The notes under the pieces were generated by a model, which saw only the letters and a list, made by a program, of their open reading frames with translations, searched no databases and was not told the DNA's origin. A stretch of 64,000 bases of DNA from Leucoraja ocellata (taxonomy: Eukaryota): the NCBI GenBank assembly GCA_036785375.1, contig JAWMAR010000563.1, positions 1,054,001 to 1,118,000 of the forward strand, read 5' to 3'. Positions 56,501-64,000 of the stretch are shown in pieces (position 1 is the first letter of the stretch; the number at the start of each line of letters is the position of its first letter). A program made the translations under genes and the position numbers.

Positions 56501-57431
56501 ATAGATTTTGTAAACAAATGACTGGTCCCTTTTATCTCTTATTGACGAGGAGTGAAATATTGTCAATTTTATGCTTGTCCCCTCCCCAATTGGCCCTCAT
56601 TTCGTAACTTGTCAATTATTTATTAATGTGCCCAAGTGAAAAGATTTGCCGTTGGTATTAGTATATTATTGTTACGTGAACTGAGATATAGTCTAAAGTT
56701 TGTCTGTGTTATCCAATCAGATCATACTACACATGTGCAATCAAGCAATCCACAAGTAGAACAGGGCAAAGTGAAAACTATTCAGAGAGCAGAATTACAA
56801 TATCATAGCATTACAGTTACAGAGATAGTGCAGATCAAAGTGAGTTGCAAGGATCACAATGAGATTGGTTGGAAGATCAGGACAACACCTTATCTTACAT
56901 GAAAATCATTCAGTAGTCCAAATAAAGTGGGGAAGAAGCTGTTCCTGAATTTAATGGTATGAGCTTTCAGACTCTTGTGTACTGTCTTAACAGGGAGCGT
57001 GCGATCCCTTTTAAACCACGTGGTTAGTTGATGGTGACGAAAGAGACAAAATGGGGCAGATGTAGTCAGTGACCTGGTTGTTGTAGTAGACTGAAGAACA
57101 GTTTGAGGTGGGTGACTGTGCAAGTTTTACTGAAGGTGAAAATAACCATCTCACTGTCTTGCAGTTTCACCTGAGGTCACACTCGCTGCCCGCACTGATG
57201 ATGATTCAACCCTGTACTGCACTGTGTTTGCATTTTACCCACCGGCCATCAATGTCAGCTGGTTGCAGAATGGTCACCATGTCTTTGAGACCAAATCTTC
57301 TGGGGTCATACCCAACAACGATGGAACATATCATCTCAAGTCTGTCCTTGAGTATGATCCGTATGATGGGAAACAGTATTCCTGTCATGTTGATCACAGC
57401 AGCCTGCCCGGTGGGAAGACTATCATCTGGG
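8450..57431 (+). CDS. MHC class I heavy chain gene (probably non-classical), multi-exon, 3' end (TM/cytoplasmic exons) not found in window
   Basis: Three phase-1/phase-1 exons of 261, 276 and 267 nt with canonical AG/GT sites splice in frame to give alpha1-alpha2-alpha3 (C101/C164 pair, NET sequon at N86, Ig C1-set domain). A candidate signal-peptide exon and X/Y-box promoter lie upstream. Confidence 0.93.
8685..10415 (+). mobile_element. CR1 LINE (family B) ORF2 fragment with internal deletions
   Basis: ORFs 8672-8968, 8965-9159, 9291-10115 encode endonuclease end and RT (YADD, PQGSVL). Confidence 0.92.
9207..9390 (+). mobile_element. 184-bp retroposed insert (L1-like 3' end or retrocopy) inside CR1
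   Basis: 11-bp TSD CATGTTTGACT at 9196-9206 and 9391-9401; ends in AATAAAATAAACAAAA. Confidence 0.75.
11765..12160. mobile_element. Two fold-back Penelope-like terminal fragments
   Basis: Inverted pairs of the GATGCTGCCTG..CTGAGTTACTCCAGCA motif; hammerhead-like GTGAAGAAGGGGTCTTGACCCGAAAC at ~12019-12044. Confidence 0.65.
12197..13762 (+). repeat. Local direct duplication (12197-12625 and 13350-13762) including a CR1-B 3' fragment
   Basis: Near-identical ~420-bp copies sharing unique flank and CR1 truncation point. Confidence 0.9.
15925..16200 (+). mobile_element. V-SINE (HE1-like); further + copies at ~14370-14620 and ~15380-15660
   Basis: tRNA-like head (GGTGCAGC..GGGTTCGATCCC), V-domain GGTTTCCTCCCACA, CR1-like tail GGGCCTGTTTCCGTGCTGTA. 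Confidence 0.8.
16570..18008 (-). mobile_element. CR1 LINE (family B) ORF2 fragment with internal in-frame deletion
   Basis: ORF 16533-18053: APE motifs (GDFN, LDLLL) joined to RT (YADD). The segment between KIGPLE and HLDKQG present in the 31-32 kb copy is missing. Confidence 0.92.
18049..18580 (+). mobile_element. V-SINE interrupted by a CR1-A 3' tail (~18180-18376)
   Basis: SINE head GGCACTGTGGTGCAGCGGTAGAG, CR1 tail with (TTTCTATG)n, SINE resumes with TCCGGTTTCCTCCCAC. Confidence 0.8.
19205..19540 (-). mobile_element. CR1 3' fragment
   Basis: ORF 19358-19585 ([23 protein letters not shown]) and tail. Confidence 0.8.
19640..19958 (-). mobile_element. V-SINE; further - copies at ~22090-22405, ~23098-23372, ~48200-48410, ~49320-49612, ~55597-55885
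   Basis: Reverse complement of full SINE consensus seen in + copies. Confidence 0.8.
20620..21670 (+). mobile_element. Degenerate Penelope-like element with nested inverted terminal fragments (21180-21605)
   Basis: [14 protein letters not shown] resembles the GIY-YIG C-terminus of the 36.6 kb copy. Hammerhead-like motifs on both strands (21272-21299 minus; ~21523-21550 plus). Confidence 0.65.
21272..21299 (-). ncRNA. Minimal hammerhead ribozyme-like motif
   Basis: Minus strand reads CTGAAGAAGGGTCTCGACCAGAAACGTC (GUC triplet). Confidence 0.55.
22490..22770. mobile_element. Fold-back Penelope-like terminal fragment pair
   Basis: Inverted arms GCTGGAGTAACTCA...AGCATCTCTG / CAGAGATGCT...CTGAGTTACT. 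Confidence 0.6.
23383..23990 (-). mobile_element. CR1-A 3' fragment
   Basis: ORF 23720-23947 [13 protein letters not shown]; tail at 23383. Confidence 0.9.
24448..24743 (+). mobile_element. V-SINE; further + copies at ~25440-25870, ~39720-39870, ~44648-44952, ~45130-45310
   Basis: Head GGCGGCACGATGGGGCAG, V-domain, tail CTCTAAACTAAA. Confidence 0.82.
25109..25369 (+). CDS. MHC class I alpha1 domain exon
   Basis: tctag|GG CCT CAC...; [10 protein letters not shown]...FVGVLDG...YYD...PRQKWM...YW...RRHNETA; donor A|GTTAGT; 261 nt. Confidence 0.95.
26258..27207 (+). mobile_element. CR1-B 5'-truncated copy (TATATGGT tail)
   Basis: ORFs 26261-26779 and 26776-27123; tail GTTATATGGTTATATGG. Confidence 0.92.
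28068..29592 (-). mobile_element. CR1-B 5'-truncated copy, antisense
   Basis: ORFs 28140-28463, 28420-28737, 28738-29133, 29091-29744. Confidence 0.92.
30127..30987. mobile_element. Non-autonomous TIR DNA transposon with 9-bp TSD (Merlin- or MULE-like)
   Basis: Imperfect 15-bp TIRs AGCAATGTTACAAAA / TTTTGTAACATACCT; TSD ACCTGGAGT at 30118-30126 and 30988-30996; AT-rich non-coding interior. Confidence 0.78.
30988..33428 (+). mobile_element. Long CR1-B ORF2 copy (frameshifted)
   Basis: ORFs 31002-31847, 31832-32350, 32364-33068, 33001-33348: APE C-terminal part plus full RT. Confidence 0.94.
34601..35228. repeat. 118-bp inverted repeat (34601-34718 / 35111-35228)
   Basis: Arms are near-perfect reverse complements (GACCACATATTCATGATTCA... 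/ ...TGAATCATGAATATGTGGTC). Confidence 0.9.
35241..35849 (+). mobile_element. CR1 5' end: 80-bp tandem 5'UTR monomers and start of ORF1
   Basis: Monomers start at 35241, 35321, 35401 (partial). ORF 35554-35862 has MWEV..HICARC zinc-finger remnant and coiled coil [15 protein letters not shown] typical of CR1 ORF1. Confidence 0.72.
35850..36549 (+). repeat. Direct duplicate of 39855-40562 (unique flank + CR1-B fragment)
   Basis: Near-identical sequence; this copy carries an 8-bp deletion near 36119. Confidence 0.92.
36550..37282 (+). mobile_element. Penelope-like element 3' part (GIY-YIG endonuclease + pseudo-LTR)
   Basis: ORF 36630-37205: [58 protein letters not shown]. Confidence 0.92.
37156..37183 (+). 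ncRNA. Minimal type I hammerhead ribozyme-like motif in Penelope pseudo-LTR
   Basis: CTGAAGA-A-GGGTTTCGGCCC-GAAA-CG-TT: core CUGANGA, helix II, GAAA, palindromic ACGU, UH site. Helix I not verified. Confidence 0.6.
37407..39635. mobile_element. Non-autonomous hAT-like DNA transposon with duplicated left end
   Basis: TIR CAGGGCTGCCAAC at 37407 (again at 38421) and GTTGGCAGCCCTG ending 39635; flanking direct repeat GGGTATC; flanks rejoin as a CR1 3' UTR. Confidence 0.8.
37740..38420 (+). repeat. Polypurine (GA-rich) low-complexity tract
   Basis: ~680 bp almost entirely G/A. Confidence 0.95.
39995..40938 (+). mobile_element. CR1-B 5'-truncated copy with open RT C-terminus
   Basis: ORF 39935-40849 from WISKYADD to stop; TATATGGT tail. 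Confidence 0.93.
41872..42378 (+). mobile_element. CR1-A fragments
   Basis: [22 protein letters not shown] joined to 3' tail. Confidence 0.85.
42791..44276 (-). mobile_element. Rex1/Babar-type LINE, 5'-truncated, inserted into a V-SINE (42680-42790 + 44277-44470)
   Basis: 396-aa open RT ORF 43085-44275 ([43 protein letters not shown]); AATAAA + (ATTG)n tail; SINE halves rejoin. Confidence 0.9.
45420..45910 (-). mobile_element. Helitron-like 5' portion
   Basis: Minus strand begins TCTATACATATGTACAACTCTC, resembling the TATATAAAACTCTC starts in the 4-7 kb array; no 3' hairpin found. Confidence 0.45.
45935..46730 (+). mobile_element. Penelope-like element 3' part (GIY-YIG), older copy
   Basis: ORF 46010-46462 [36 protein letters not shown]; pseudo-LTR with GTCTCGACCAGAAACGTC. 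Confidence 0.88.
46735..47010 (-). mobile_element. CR1 3' fragment
   Basis: Reverse complement of the 34.3-34.6 kb tail. Confidence 0.82.
47139..47645 (-). mobile_element. RTE-clade LINE 3' fragment with (AAT)n tail
   Basis: [30 protein letters not shown] (ORF 47464-47667); (AAT)n at 47139-47166. Confidence 0.65.
47823..48098 (+). CDS. MHC class I alpha2 domain exon
   Basis: tttttctttcag|AA TAT CAC; HYTQGQFGC...AFDG...KW...KEKWD...[13 protein letters not shown]...LTRK; donor G|GTGAGT; 276 nt. Confidence 0.96.
48410..48990 (-). mobile_element. Old CR1 3' fragment
   Basis: [29 protein letters not shown]. Confidence 0.85.
50810..52040 (+). mobile_element. L2 LINE fragment (tail resumes at 54992-55108), with antisense insert at ~51575-51865
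   Basis: [27 protein letters not shown]; [24 protein letters not shown]; tail AATAAATGTGATTTGACTTGAC after the Helitron. Confidence 0.9.
52739..52924. other. Assembly gap (186 N) inside a CA-rich microsatellite
   Basis: Run of N flanked by (CA)n/ACTCATTCAC repeats. Confidence 0.99.
53880..54667. repeat. ~87-bp unit minisatellite (about 8 copies)
   Basis: CTGAGCAAGCAAGCAAGCCGACAAAAAACACATCCGTTCGCTGAAAAGCAATTT... recurs at ~86-90 bp spacing, interrupted at 54050-54172. Confidence 0.92.
57165..57431 (+). CDS. MHC class I alpha3 (Ig C1-set) exon
   Basis: cttgcag|TT TCA CCT GAG; [17 protein letters not shown]...PNNDGTY...[10 protein letters not shown]...IIW; donor G|GTAAGA; 267 nt. Confidence 0.96.
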
Positions 57432-57769
57432 GTAAGAATGTTAAATATTCTTTCATAGATAATCATTATCTTCTGTTGTTTCCATTTTAATAATTGTGAC
57501 TACATCCCATGTTCCAAGATGCGTGAACTGTCTTTGTTTCGTGGTGTTGCTCTAAGCAATCACGTAATCAGACTCCCACTCTCCACATGAGCAGAAGATT
57601 TTGTCAACAGAAAATTTATCAAAAGTAAATAAATAAATAATTAATATACAAGGAAGGAGTATTTGGGGTTCTCAGTGGTGAAACTGAAATCCATGAAAGG
57701 TATGTTTAAATTTAAAAAATGAATCTTTCCTCATGATGTGATTAACAGCAAGGCACTGGGGGAGTACAT

Positions 57770-58550
57770 GTCAAGTCAAATCAAGTCACATTTATTTATT
57801 TGGCACATTTAAAAACATAGAAACATAGAAATTAGGTGCAGGAGTAGGCCATTCGGCCCTTCGAGCCTGCACCGCCATTCAATATGATCATGGCTGATCA
57901 TCCAACTCAGTATCCCGTACCTGCCCTTCTCTCCATTTAAAAAAACAACTCTCATTGGCCAAAGTGCTTTACATTTGTTATAAGAATAGTATAAACAAAA
58001 ACAAACTACATACAAATATACATATAGCCCTCGCTTAGTGGACGTCAGGAAAGGCTTGGTAGTATAGATAGGTTTTTAGTCTTGACTTAAAGGAGTCGAT
58101 GGAGGGGGCAGTTCTAATGGGAAGAGGGATGCTGTTCCACAGTCTAGGAGCTGCAACCACAAAGGCGCGGTCGCCCCTGAGCTTATGCCTAGACCGCGGG
58201 ATATTCAGCAGCCCAAGTCGGCCGATCTGAGGGACCTGGAGGTGGAGTGGTGGGTGAGAAGACTTTTAATGTAGGAGGGGGCAAGCCCATTGATAGCTTT
58301 GTTGACATAGAGGAGGGTCTTGAAATGTATACAGAACCACACAGGGAGCCAGTGGAGAGAGGCCAGATCGGGGTGATGTGGTCCCTTTTTCGGGTGCCCG
58401 TCAGGAGTCTCGCTGCAGCGTTTTGGACCAGTTGCAGGCGGGACAGGGAAGATTGGCTGATGCCAGTGTAAGAGTTGCAGTAATCTAGGCGGGAGGAGAT
58501 AAATGTGGATGATCTTTTCGAGGTCATCAAAGTGGAGGAATGTTTTATTG
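57770..58550 (-). mobile_element. L2 LINE 3' fragment with CR1-A tail inserted at ~57812-57935
   Basis: [23 protein letters not shown], same family as 50.8-52.0 kb copy. Confidence 0.9.
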
Positions 58551-58569
58551 CCCCAATGCCCCAATCCGA

Positions 58570-58995
58570 ATCAATGGTCCAAAGTGGAAATGGTTGAGAG
58601 ATTTGTGTTCCTTGGCATGAATATATCCAATATACTGTCATGGACTGACCACATAGACAAGGAGGCACACCAACACCTCTACTTCCTCAGGAGACTGAGA
58701 ATATTCATCATGACTCTTGCAAACATCTATAGATGCCGCTAGAGAATGCATGTTGTTGGGTTGCATCATATCTTGATTTAGGAACTGCACTGCCCAAGAC
58801 TGCAAGAATAAACGAAGAGTTAAGGATCATCACACAGCCCAGACTTCCTACTATTGACTCAATCTACACCAGGTTGCCTTGGAAAACAAGACTTATCCCA
58901 CCCTGATCATTCCTCCTTCCTGCTCCCATCAGGCAATAGGTACAGAAAGTTGAAAATACGCACTGCCAGACTCGGGGACACCCTTCTGTTATCAG
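58570..58995 (+). mobile_element. Degenerate Rex1-type 3' fragment
   Basis: VERFVFLGMNISNILSWTDHID..AHQHLYFLRRLR. Confidence 0.65.
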
Positions 58996-59582
58996 GCTTC
59001 GGAAGGGTCCTTCCATAATGTAGGTTTAATAGTAAGATTAAACAAGAACTTACCAGTTTGAAGTTTAATCGTTTTTTATGAGGAGTAACGTTGAGGGAAT
59101 ACGTGAAGAACCCCGCCAGGACGCATGCATGTCATTCTTCAAAGCAGCGGTGTGAAATCACAGATAACTGTAATGACTAAACATAGTAAGATTAGAGAAG
59201 AGATACCAGTTGAGTATATGATCAAGGGTGGGAGCGGAGGGCACGTATTCCCTCAACTTTACTCCTCATAAAATAACGATCAAACTTCACACTGGTAAGT
59301 TCTCATTTAATCTTATTATTTTACTTCGGAGTCACGTGAGTGACTACGTGAAGATTTTAAAGCTCTGTGATTTCATGCCGTGGAAACGAGTCCAAGCATC
59401 ACATCTGCCTTGATTATGGGGAGAATAGAGTTAACATCATTAGACATCAATACGATATTGAAACCCAACGATAAAAATATTAACACCAATTATTGCCCCT
59501 ATTTATGGGGTAAATTATATTACAGAACTTAAATTTGTTTCTGCAAATATTCCAGGTTCAATGACTGGATTGTTATAAACCA

Positions 59583-60235
59583 TGTAACCATACAACCATA
59601 TAACATTTACAGCACGGAAACAGGCCATCTCGACCCTTCCAGTCCGTGCCGAACATGTATTCTCCCCTAGTCCCATACACCTGCGTTCAGACCATAACCC
59701 TCCATACCTTTCCCGTCCATATAACTATCCAATTTATTTTTAAATGATAAAAACGAACCTGCCTCCACCACTTTCACTGGAAGCTCATTCCACACAGCCA
59801 CCACTCTCTGAGTAAAGAAGTTCCCCCTCATGTTACCCCTAACCTTCTATCCCTTAATTCTCAAGTCATGTCCCCTTGTTTGAATCTTCCCTACTCAACT
59901 CTGTCTATCCCTCTCATCATTTTAAAGACCTCTATCAAGTCCCCCCTTAACCTTCTGCGCTCCAAAGAATAAAGCCCTAACTTGTTCAACCTTTCTCTGT
60001 AACTTAGTTGCTGAAACCCAGGCAACATTCTAGTAAATCTCCTCTGTACTCTCTATTTTGTTGACATCCTTCCTATAACTAGGCGACCAAAATTGTACAC
60101 CATACTCCAAAATTGGCCTCACCAATGCCTTGTACTATTTTAACATTACATCCCAACTTCTATACTCAATGCTCTGATTTATAAAGGGCAGCACACCAAA
60201 AGCTTTCTTTACCACCCTATCTACATGAGATTCCA
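59583..60235 (-). mobile_element. CR1-B 3' fragment nested in DIRS
   Basis: Reverse complement of the CR1-B 3' end. Confidence 0.9.
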
Positions 60236-60243
60236 ATTCCAAG

Positions 60244-61039
60244 TCATTGGAAAGTTTCCTCCGTTGACCATCCTGCTGTCTTGTGGATTTGGTCCATAGG
60301 AACGTCCAACGTCATAGCTGCCAATGTAGCTGCAGCCCTGGTGGAGTGAGATTTAAAAATGCTAGTGTCTACTCCAGCCTTTATTAGGACCTGTTTTAGC
60401 CATCTAGAGATGGTCTGGATTGTCACTGTTTTGAGTGGCTGTTTGTAGCTGATTAAAGTGACATTTCTTCCCTCTGATGATCTTAGTATACTCCATATAT
60501 AATAGCAAGTGTGTTACAATACAGAGACGACCATCTGTCGGGTAGGACCTGAATTCTGATTTTAGGCCTGCTGACCCCTGTCTGTTCTGTTTGACTATTT
60601 CATTAATGTGAAAAGTTAAATTTCCAGATGAAATAATCATGTTGTCCAACCTTTGTTTCTGTAGTGACCGGACCCTTTGTGCCGTGGCCAAGGCCATCAG
60701 CATGACTGCTTTCATAGTCAGTTTCTGTAGGGACAGAGCTGTAGCTGGAGACCAGTTTCTTAACATGGTCAGTACAATGCTCACATCCCATATTTGGGAG
60801 TACCTGGTTCTTGGGGGATTAATATTAAAATGCCCCTCATGTGTTTGGTTACCAGGGTGTGTCCCAACAGAATGCCGCTCTGTTCCTTGCCACGGGTATG
60901 TTGACAGAGCACTTCTGGCGCAGTTGATGGCACTATGACTGAGCCTCTCATCGTAATGGAGGCTTGCCAGGAATTCCAGAAGAGACGGGATGTTCATAGA
61001 TCTGTGGGTGATGTTTATTGTTGTGACAGTACTTCCCAT
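60244..61039 (-). pseudogene. Frameshifted DIRS tyrosine recombinase
   Basis: LEFLASL..SHSAINCARSALS (SAM-like part), TAQRV, TISRWLKQVL..GVD..FKSHSTRAAA..TAGWS. Confidence 0.88.
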
Positions 61040-62496
61040 TTCTTGATGACACCAAGTATTGTTTGTTTTGGTGGACTGTCTGTGGCCCGTTGAAATAATC
61101 CCACTGTTTGGTCCGTCAGTCCCAGGTGTAGTAGAGGTGCTTTCAACTCTATAAATTAATATGTTTATATAATTGTGACATGGGTAACTCCCCTTGTTGT
61201 GGGAAGAACCAGTAAATTAGGTCTATGATGGATGGTGATGCATGGTTCTAAAACCATGTCGATATCACCGGGACCCATGGTTGAGTAGGTCAATCGGGTA
61301 CTATCAAAATACCAGTCTACTGTTTATTCCTAAATACCCGACTGATGAGGCAGGAGGGAATGCATAAATAATCCCCCAATACAGCGAAAATGCATCAGTA
61401 GCCACTGCCCCAGGTTCTGGTTCCCAAGAACCTAATTTGATAACTGGTGTGAGCATGGATGTGAATAGGTCGTTATCTGGTGTTCCATACCATGCTGTAA
61501 TTCCAGCAATACTTTCCCCAACATCCATACAGTGTTTTCATAGACTTAGCGTGACCTGTTGTCTGCCACTAAATTCAGTTTACCTGGTAATTTGGTAGCT
61601 GATATCCAAATATCTTTCTGGATACATTATTGCCAAATTGTGTTGACCTGATAGTCACATGATGTCGATATGTTTCCACCCATATGGTTGACATATGCTA
61701 CCACGGTGGTGCAGTCAATTAGTAGTCTAACATACTGGTGATATAACCCAGAACAATATGACTTAAAGCCATGGAATGCACTCAACTTTCCCAGGTATTT
61801 ATGCCCAACTTTTGTGATGATGCCTCCTGTGCATTCCATCTCCCCCACAGCTGGAGATGGAATTGGTAGCATCCCATCCAAGTGCCCATCAGTATGTAGT
61901 TCCATAGACGGGTAGCTGTTAATGTTTGGATTGGAACAATGCCTAATGTTATGTTTCCACCATTTTAGTACCATGGTGGCCTCTGTTGGTAGCTTCTTTG
62001 GTCTGTCAGAATGACCCCCATAATTTTTGAGTGCACGCATGTTTGCGCTCAGTAATTTGATAATGTAAAGGTCCGATTTATGTGGCTGGAACACAGCCAC
62101 TATAATGCCAATCATTCTACTACCAGTCTGATGGATGGTTTAGTTTACTGCAAGCCTTCATTAAGGCTGTAACCTTTTCTTACGGCAAAGTCACTGACAT
62201 GTGAGCTGAGTTAAGAGTGAAACCGCAGATGATCCATTGTGTTAAATACATCTGTGGTCACCTCTAATGGGTACTGTATAGTAAGCATTTTTTAATACGA
62301 TGCTTGCCATGTAGTAACCTAGGATCAATACCTTTGCAGTAACAAAGGTTCCCATCTAGTAATGAATATAAAGTACGAAAGTATTCAAATTAGTCAACTC
62401 TATGATGATGTGGCAACCACCATCTATTTTATGATAAAGATTTTGGACACAAATCCTGTGATTCGTGTTGGATGTCCTGCATTAGTCCTTTTATTC

Positions 62497-62928
62497 GAAC
62501 AAGTTAGGGCTTTATTCTTTGGAGCGCAGAAGGTTAAGGGGGGACTTGATAGAGGTTTTTAAAATGATGAGAGGGATAGACAGAGTTGACGTGGAAAAGC
62601 TTTTCCCACTGAGAGTAGGGAAGATGCAAACAAGGGGACATGACATAAGAATTAAGGGACTGAAGTTTAGGGGTAACATGAGGGGGAACTTCTTTACTCA
62701 GAGAGTGGTAGCTGTGTGGAATGAGCTTCCAGTGAAGGTGGTGGAGGCAGGTTCGTTTTTATCATTTAAAAATAAATTGGATAGTTATATGGATGGGAAG
62801 GGAATGGAGGGTTATGGTCTGAGCGCAGGTATATGGGACTAGGGGAGATTATGTGTTCGGCACGGACTAGAAGCGTCGAGATGGCCTGTTTCCGTGCTGT
62901 AATTGTTATATGGTTATTATATGGTTAT
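62497..62928 (+). mobile_element. CR1-B 3' fragment nested in DIRS
   Basis: ORF 62519-62842 and TATATGGT tail. Confidence 0.9.
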
Positions 62929-64000
62929 ATTTGGGCACTGTAGTTCAGTAAACGCTTTTGATTATTTCTTTGCCTGTAAGCATGAACATTCAGTTCGGTA
63001 CATGCTGAACTGGAAGGTTATGTTTTGAATAATTCTATGGTATAACCCTATACTTCTTCCTCCATGGTTACTATAAGTAGGTTTCTGTAGTTGGGTCTGT
63101 GTTGAGGGTTAGCGCATTCCCCAGGAAGTAGTTTTTAGACGTTGCTTTAATGAGCCCCAGGGTTTCCCTCTATGTCAAGTTCTTTACCTGTTTAGATAAG
63201 TTGCCTCCAAATTTTAATATTGGTGGTATGGAGGTTCCAGGTTTGCATAGGCCTGCAAATTAGGGTCTAAAGCCGGTTGGATGGTACTTCTTCCTAATGC
63301 TGTTTACCCGTATTGGTAATTTGCAAAATAAGGCCAGTGCATTCTCGTGATCCAGTGTCATGTCTTTTTTGTTTATTGTGCGGGCGAAACCCGTAATACC
63401 CGCTGTTAGGACTTTTGGAACTTTCTTTCATTTCAAGTACCTGTCCTGCCATGTTTTCAAATACACTGGTTTATACTGGGAACATTCAGTGTTTTGCAGT
63501 TCCCTGATGGTAAGTGTCTTCCAATAGGTTTTCTGCACCCCATGTGCACTAGGGGTATGTTCTGCACCCCTGTTCAGGTTCAGCCCAGAATTCACCCCCT
63601 ATACTCCCCTCTGATGAGGGAGACACTGTGCAGCCCTACAAGAGGTACTGCTGTAGGACTTACTAGCTGCCCCCTGTGACTAGTCTCCATCTCCCGGAGC
63701 CTGCCACTTACCTGCTCCAACAGCTGCTCCAGCTGGCTCCGATGCTCTTGGGCACCCAACCGGCTCCAATGCACATGGTCACTGGCTGTCGCGGCTGCTC
63801 CTGAAGCCGCTACTCCTGAGGCCGCTCCTGCTCCAGTTCCTGCAGCCGCTCCAACTGTTCCAATGCTCACGGGCACTGGCCGCTCGCGGCTATTCAGAGT
63901 CGGACTCCTCGGAGTCAACGACCCTGTTAGTTTTTGCTTCGCTCTCCCGCCCGGCTTGGCCGGTGTGGGAGTGAAGTTGGGAGCAAAGTCGGGCACAGCT

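Larger units (their letters stand above)
59028..64000 (-). mobile_element. DIRS-type tyrosine-recombinase retrotransposon, decayed, 5' end beyond window
   Basis: Minus-strand order: gag-like (63592-63996), RNase H (61627-62115: LHTD, IDCTTVVAYVNHMGG), Dam-like MT domain (61304-61528: DLF, DAF..W, YAFPP), recombinase (60404-61039; 60244-60426 with HSTR), then ICR and terminal repeat (59028-59380). Confidence 0.9.

Noticed and set aside
25109-57431. MHC class II beta or W-category gene
   Set aside because: Two groove exons (alpha1 with N86 sequon, alpha2 with C101-C164) precede a single C1 domain, which is class I architecture.
57512-57560. TM exon after TTCCAAG acceptor
   Set aside because: Frame hits TGA after two codons and encodes no hydrophobic helix.
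60244-61528. Phage integrase and Dam methylase as bacterial contamination or prophage
   Set aside because: Domain order with RNase H plus the ICR identifies a DIRS retrotransposon, and vertebrate CR1 copies are nested in it.

Overview
Repeat-dense vertebrate genomic DNA, most likely a cartilaginous fish (inferred from V-SINE/HE1-type SINEs, CR1 families, Penelope-like remnants and the MHC exon character). There is one host gene: a + strand MHC class I heavy chain spread over at least 49 kb. It has a putative X/Y-box promoter (~8270-8375), leader exon (8450-8500), alpha1 (25109-25369), alpha2 (47823-48098) and alpha3 (57165-57431). TM/cytoplasmic exons were not found in the window. The protein looks non-classical: T143, Y159 and Y/F123 are lost and the groove is bulky and hydrophobic. 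The leader donor is out of phase with the canonical alpha1 acceptor. The rest is mobile DNA: many nested CR1 LINEs, L2, Rex1, RTE, V-SINEs, Penelope-like elements with minimal hammerhead ribozyme motifs, a head-to-tail Helitron array upstream of the gene, a ~3 kb cargo-carrying Helitron, two TIR DNA transposons and a decayed DIRS-type tyrosine-recombinase retrotransposon with a visible ICR. One assembly gap lies at 52739-52924. Most ORFs in the supplied track are transposon fragments or low-complexity artefacts. Repeat boundaries are read by eye and approximate unless a TSD or terminal motif is quoted.
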